A DNA stretch of 57,745 nucleotides, taken from positions 34,308,298-34,366,042 of the forward strand of contig NC_068997.1 of the NCBI RefSeq assembly GCF_001194135.2, written 5' to 3'. Source of the DNA: Octopus bimaculoides. Taxonomy: Eukaryota. Every line of letters begins with the position of its first letter. Position 1 is the stretch's first letter. Shown piece after piece: positions 52,375-57,745 of the stretch. The translations under genes were made by a program, and so were the position numbers. The notes beneath the pieces are model-generated. The model had not been told where the DNA came from, did not search any database, and saw only the letters and a list, made by a program, of their open reading frames with translations.

Positions 52375-53640
52375 ATGAACAGACCGACTTACTTCAATAA
52401 TCAACCTGCCGACGTTAATATTGAATTCAAACCAATGGAAAACAGCGTCCACTTACCAGAAGTGTACGATGAAGCTTTCCCGCCTCTCACTCATGAAGAG
52501 AGAGAGAGAGAGAGAGAGAGTGAGAGGAGGAGGAAAACCCAGTTGATACAAAAAAAAACTACAAGTTCGAATTCTACCACCAGCCAAGAAAATGACTTAA
52601 AACCGAACATTCATGGGTCGACGTACTTCAAAAATAAAAAGAGGGAAGGTCCCACCAGAAATCGACGTAGTGTCGCTTGTGACGGCTGTCTTACTTGATC
52701 TGGGAAGCAGTATTTCTATACTGCAAGTCACAAAGCTGCACCAACAAAACTGATGGGGTCAAGGCCTGGAAAATATAATCTAGGCCACCCAACAAGACGT
52801 AGAATTAATTCCAGACCCGGTGAAATTACCAGATGGTACAGCTCTCCGAGTCGTGGTGGAGGGACGAAGGTTTAGATGCTACAAATGTAAGCAAAAGAGC
52901 CACATCAGAAGCTCCTGCAGCAATGGGCCACCCTCCACCAAATGAGCCTCTACAAAACCAGGCCGAGGCAAATGACACTAAAACTATCCCTGCACCACCA
53001 ACAAGGTCTACCCCAGATGCTAAAGCAAAAAATTCTCCCGATGGAGACCGATAGAATAAGTACTAGGCTTCCCTTCCAGAGAATAAGTCCTGGGGTCGAT
53101 TTGCTCGACTAAAGGCGGTGCTCCAGCATGGCCACAGTCACATGACTGAAACAAGTAAAGAGTAATGGGGAAACCTCCAAACAAAGCCTCTCACCAACCT
53201 CTAACAACAATACTACAGAAGTACAAGACGACTCTACCAACAATACCATACACCAGGAATGGAAAGAAGTTGCCAAGAAAAAGAAGGAAACGGAAAACAC
53301 TTCCCCGAGCTCCTGCCGCTTCACAGTTACACACCACACCACAAGCAGACCTCTCACTCATACACTAGCACTGCACACATCTGACTCAGTCGTTAACACA
53401 ACAGCAATAAATACTAATAATGCACATTTAACAGAATACACTAACATAAATCCCCGAATCACACCTTTCACCCCCGCCCAAATTCCAGCACACATAAAAT
53501 TTATAAAAATTAACAGCCAAACATATATCGAACTTAAAGAAAAATTTCCGGAAGACATTGGAATTCTACAACTGCAGTATACAATGCACACACCGGGAAG
53601 GGGGGAATACACCTACCCCACCCCTGAAAAATCAAAGTAG
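52375..53640 (+). pseudogene. Gag-like ORF1 with CCHC zinc knuckle, interrupted by stops, frameshifts and a SINE
   Basis: IKRGKVPPEIDVVSLVTAVLL, LPDGTALRVVVEGRRFRCYKCKQKSHIRSSC (CX2CX4HX4C at 52877-52918). Stop-free frame 53167-53640 (158 codons) ending TAG. Start position approximate. Confidence 0.8.
53045..53164 (+). mobile_element. 5'-truncated SINE family B inserted into ORF1
   Basis: agaccgatagaataagtactaggctt..cgactaaaggcggtgctccagcatggcc..gactgaaacaagtaaagagta, flanked by ATGG (53041-44 / 53165-68). Confidence 0.85.
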
Positions 53641-53666
53641 GTGAACAATTTCTTTCCTCTCCCCTC

Positions 53667-54530
53667 ATGGTTTTGTTCAAGCTTGGCAGTTTGAATATAC
53701 GTGGTCTGGGATCATATTGGAAGCAACCACGCTTGCTAAACGATCTCAGGTCATGGGATTTGGATGTCATAGTCACCAGCGAAACCAGTCTGTCCGGGCC
53801 GCAAGCCCTCTTGCGTCTCTTCAATAGTTACGAGATCTACATATCTCCATGCCAGCCCAGAGGAAATGGGGGCACTGTGGTCTTATTCCGGAAAGGCTTG
53901 GATTTAGAAACCAAGACAATCTTTGTGGATCCAGAGGGTAAGCTGGTTGTCCTTAACGTGATGCATAGTAGGAGTAGTGTCTTCAGACTGGTTTCTGCCT
54001 ATGCTCCAAACGACACAGAACAATGTGACTACTTCAAGCACCTAGAGGCCTTCCTTGGGTTGTCATGCACGTTAGTGTTAGTAGGTGACTTTAACACAAT
54101 TCTAGATGCAAAGGCAGATTGTGTTTGCTCAACTTCAAATAAAAAATGGGACTCATGCCTTGTTAACCTACTCAGTCGCTTTCAGCTGCCTATCTCTACT
54201 ATAATATACCAGACCAAAAGTGCAGTCACACGAGATGAGAGCAGAGCGATGAAACCGTTCTGTATGCAATCGTTCGGTGTCCTTTGATTTCGGACCTATG
54301 GGTTTATGTCGAACACATACTGTCATATTTGGGAGGAGCACAGTTGTCATTATAAAGTCCATTAGCAAGATTGTCCCACTGCCTTCCTTTAACCGAGAAA
54401 GGTAGGCAATTTTTCTCTGCTTATTAGCTACGGTGAAAGAGGTTGTGTGGTTGAAGCCAGTGAAATGTTTGAGGACGGGCAACCTCTGGCATTGGTTTAA
54501 CCAACTATAACATCTATTGCCTGAAAAGGA
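53667..54530 (+). pseudogene. Truncated APE endonuclease fused to ORF2 C-terminal region
   Basis: LGSLNIRGL, TSET, AYAPND, VGDFNTILD. After FQL (54180-54188) the sequence matches copy 1's C-terminal region (LPISTIIYQTKSAV vs LPVRDKLYTYGSAV; QSDETVLYAIVRCP in a shifted frame). Confidence 0.85.
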
Positions 54531-54974
54531 AACTAAGGCTGGAGAGAGACAGAGAGAGAAAGAAAGAGAGAGAGTGTGTGTGTATCATTGCCGCCGCGCA
54601 TATTTGTGACTTGATGGATGCAAATGACACACCGGTTACTTATGGATGTGTCTAATTTGAGCGCGAACCCTTATGTCTCACTTGTGAGAGGAGTGTAGCT
54701 CGTGGCTTGTGGGCTCTCTAATTCCAACACTGTATCTTGTTATTCTTATTTTATTGTAAACTTTTTCAATTTTCAACATGTATACACGTTACCTATTTTT
54801 AATTCATTCAATCATTTCTCTTTGTTGCCGTACCTGCGTACGAGCTCACCTTGTCCGTCCTGTATTGTCCCTTTATATGTAGCCCTTAGTGGCCAATAAA
54901 GAATAAAATTTCTTGCCGAACAATCACACAGATGATTTGTTTATAGTGATTTGTGTACACATTCTTTTCTACTC

Positions 54975-55172
54975 CAGGCACAAGACTCAAAATTTTTAGG
55001 GAGGGGGCTAGTCGATTGGATCGACCCCAGCACGCAGCTGGTACTTAATTTATCGACCCCGAAAGGCAAAGTTAACCCCAGCGGAATTTGAACTCAGAAC
55101 GCAAAGACAGACGAAATACCGCTAAGCATTTCGGCCGGCGTGCTAACGTTTCTGCTAGCTCACTCCCGCCAT
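54975..55172 (-). mobile_element. SINE family A, near complete
   Basis: gtcgattggatcgacccc..ctggtacttaatttatcgaccccgaaaggc..gcggaatttgaactcagaac..gctaagcatt..gtgctaacgtttctg. Confidence 0.8.
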
Positions 55173-55184
55173 CAAACCGACATT

Positions 55185-55322
55185 ACCTCTGCAGGTGCAC
55201 TATGAGCCACATGTCAGAGGATGAAATGATCACAACGCAACGCGCACGGTATGGGAATCGAACTTGCGATCTCACAATCATAAGTGCAACACCCGAGAAC
55301 CACTATGTCTTTCGCCTTTATC
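55185..55322 (-). mobile_element. tRNA-derived SINE head, degenerate
   Basis: Minus strand contains tagtggttc..aagttcgattccc A/B-box-like motifs. Confidence 0.5.
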
Positions 55323-55325
55323 TGA

Positions 55326-55359
<34 letters not shown>

Positions 55360-55364
55360 ATTTA

Positions 55365-55420
55365 TTTATTTATTTATGCATTTCAGTCAAATGACTGTGG
55401 TCATGCTGGAGCACCACCGT
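55365..55420 (-). mobile_element. SINE family B tail
   Basis: tttcagtcaaatgactgtggtcatgctggagcaccacc. Confidence 0.7.
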
Positions 55421-55499
55421 GACTTTCTGTCTTTATGCTGTGCTCTCTTCACGTTCCTTACATGGCTCTTCTCCACCTGACAAAAGTCCAATCAAGAGT

Positions 55500-56330
55500 T
55501 TTGATGGCACATCTGGTGTAATTGAGAATATACTTTCTAATGCAAACACCAGAGACACACGACTACATAAACTAAAGGATACACGCATCACCAGGAATTA
55601 CCCACCTTCACTAATTGACATATGCTTTCAACGTGCCCTTCAACTCAACATCCACGAACTCAGACATCCCAAATTAAAGAAGGATTTACAACCAAAAGCC
55701 CTACCGTACATCTCCACACACATCCCTCTCAACAATGAAGCGTTCGACACCATCCTTCAAAACATTCCTCTGCTAAAAAAGGACTACAAAATGAAATTAA
55801 TCCTCCAAACACACACCATCATTAAAAGCAAGAGACAACCCAAATCTATGAAAAGTTTCCTAACATAAGCCCGAAAACGTTCAACAACAACACAGAAGCC
55901 GTCAGTAAAAAAATGCGGAAGACCCAACTGTGGGATATGCGTCAATTTAATTGAGAGATCAGAGTTCTCCTTCAAACAGGGACAACATTTCACAGTGAAA
56001 AGCAGCGCAACATGTGCTTCGGAGAACCTGATATACGCACTAACCTGCTCTGGGTGTCGAAAGCAATACTTAGGCCAAACAAAAACAGTCTACGTCAAAG
56101 GATGACTCTGCACAGATCCCAGATCAAAATTCCCCCAAACAGAAAAATAGCATTCAACCAACACATCGACATTTGCGCCAATAACAAAAATCCAAGCTTC
56201 AGAATTTTTCCCTTCTCCCAATTCAGGGACGATACAATCTGTAGCCAACGAATTAGTAAAGAGACTCTCTTTATTACAAAATGCAGACCCCTTTTGAACT
56301 CATCTACAACAAACGACATATCCACCTCGG
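55500..56330 (+). mobile_element. Penelope-like element 3' part (RT thumb, Cys-rich linker, GIY-YIG endonuclease), pseudogenised
   Basis: RNYPPSLID, KSKRQPKS, KKCGRPNCGIC, TCASENLIYALTCSGCRKQYLGQT, LRQRMTLHRSQI, KETLFITKCRPLLN. Confidence 0.85.
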
Positions 56331-57239
56331 CCTTAGAATAACACAAACACACATGCAAATATTAAAAATGATACACTCAAGTGATTCCCAAGAATTCATT
56401 AAAAAAACAGTCCAAATCACTGCTATAATCCATAACGAAACACTTTTAGGTTACTTAACCATTTAACATCCTACTACTATCATACCACCTGCATTCCTTT
56501 ATTATTCTCCCTTCTCTTTCCCCTTCTTCTTCGTCCTCTTCCTCTCCGCCACTTCCTTCCTAACTTTAATACTATTACTGTTTACAATAACACCTATCAA
56601 ATTTTATAAACAATGCATTCAAAAGAGATGTCTCAAGAATTCAATCACTACTACCATCCACAACAAGTCACTTTCAGGGTGCTTGACCATTTAACATCCT
56701 ACTACTATCATGGCACTTCCTCCCCTCCTCCTCCTCCTCCTCCCCNNNNNNNNNNNNNNNNNNNNNNNNNNNNNNNNNNNNNNNNNNNNNNNNNNNNNNN
56801 NNNNNNNNNNNNNNNNNNNNNNNNNNNNNNNNNNNNNNNNNNNNNNNNNNNNNNNNNNNNNNNNNNNNNNNNNNNNNNNNNNNNNNNNNNNNNNNNNNNN
56901 NNNNNNNNNNNNNNNNNNNNNNNNNNNNNNNNNNNNNNNNNNNNNNNNNNNNNNNNNNNNNNNNNNNNNNNNNNNNNNNNNNNNNNNNNNNNNNNNNNNN
57001 NNNNNNNNNNNNNNNNNNNNNNNNNNNNNNNNNNNNNNNNNNNNNNNNNNNNNNNNNNNNNNNNNNNNNNNNNNNNNNNNNNNNNNNNNNNNNNNNNNNN
57101 NNNNNNNNNNNNNNNNNNNNNNNNNNNNNNNNTCCATACTTACAATTGAAAAAGTCTCAATGACTGAAACCGGGACTGAAATGTTTTTATAAAATTATTT
57201 TAGCATTTTCTACCTTGACTTCTTACCTAAGAAGACCCC

Positions 57240-57745
57240 TATAGAGAGATGGAGTGGATGGACCAGAGCCATACGGACCCCCGCTAATATTCATCAGGTA
57301 AAAAAAATGATCGCACATGCACTAGGAGCTAGTATAAAGGTTACCCTAAAAGGCCACACATTAACAACAAATTATATGCCCAGGACGAGGGAGCAGCCAT
57401 CGGTGTTAGTATCGCCGGTGATGTGGCCAATCTCTTCATGGTATGGTGGAACAGAAGGCTTAAGGAACGCCTGACACAGAACTCCATACTCGTGAATATG
57501 TACTCTCGATATGTCGATGATATCAACTTAGTGGTAAAGACACCCCCACAAGAGAGTACCCCTGAAATAGAAATAGAAAATAATACCATGGAGAGCATCC
57601 AGCAAATAGCTAACTCCATCCACCAGAGTATTAAAGTTACGATAGACTACCCTACTAAACACCCTAACCATAGATTACCTGTATTAGATACCGAACTCTG
57701 GCTAGAAACTGAGAATAATAAAACCCGAATCCTCCATTCACACTA
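57240..57745 (+). mobile_element. Penelope-like RT core, runs off the window end
   Basis: Stop-free frame 57363-57745: KLYAQDEGAAIGVSIAGDVANLFMVWW, SRYVDD (YVDD 57510-57521), DYPTKHPNHRLPVLDTELWL. One frameshift near 57360. Confidence 0.85.

Larger units (their letters stand above)
52215..54906 (+). mobile_element. TSD-bounded Tx1/L1-like element, copy 2: 5' UTR, ORF1, EN fused to C-terminal domain (RT deleted), 3' UTR
   Basis: 14-bp TSD AATTTCTTGCCGAA at 52201-52214 and 54907-54920. 3' end AATAAAGAATAA. Total 2692 bp including a 124-bp SINE insertion. Confidence 0.88.

Overview
AT-rich, gap-ridden eukaryotic window made almost entirely of decayed transposable elements, SINEs and microsatellites. 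The SINE types and microsatellite density suggest an octopus/coleoid genome (inference). No intact host protein-coding gene, rRNA, true tRNA or CRISPR array is supportable. Most long ORFs in the track are artefacts of N-gaps or simple repeats. Recognisable content: two Tx1/L1-like LINEs, three R4/Dong-like RLE retroelements clustered around (TAA)n arrays, two Penelope-like fragments, a D,D34D mariner with both TIRs, Tc1 and maT-like remnants, a Helitron helicase remnant, hAT and TA-flanked MITEs/foldbacks, and at least four SINE families. The most notable item is a TSD-bounded, 5'-complete Tx1-like element (52215-54906). Its whole RT is deleted, and the endonuclease N-terminus is fused in frame to the C-terminal domain, making it a candidate non-autonomous 'RT-less LINE'. 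A candidate promoter motif plus micro-exon lies at about 16.6-16.85 kb. All calls come from manual translation and motif recognition; no database searches were run.
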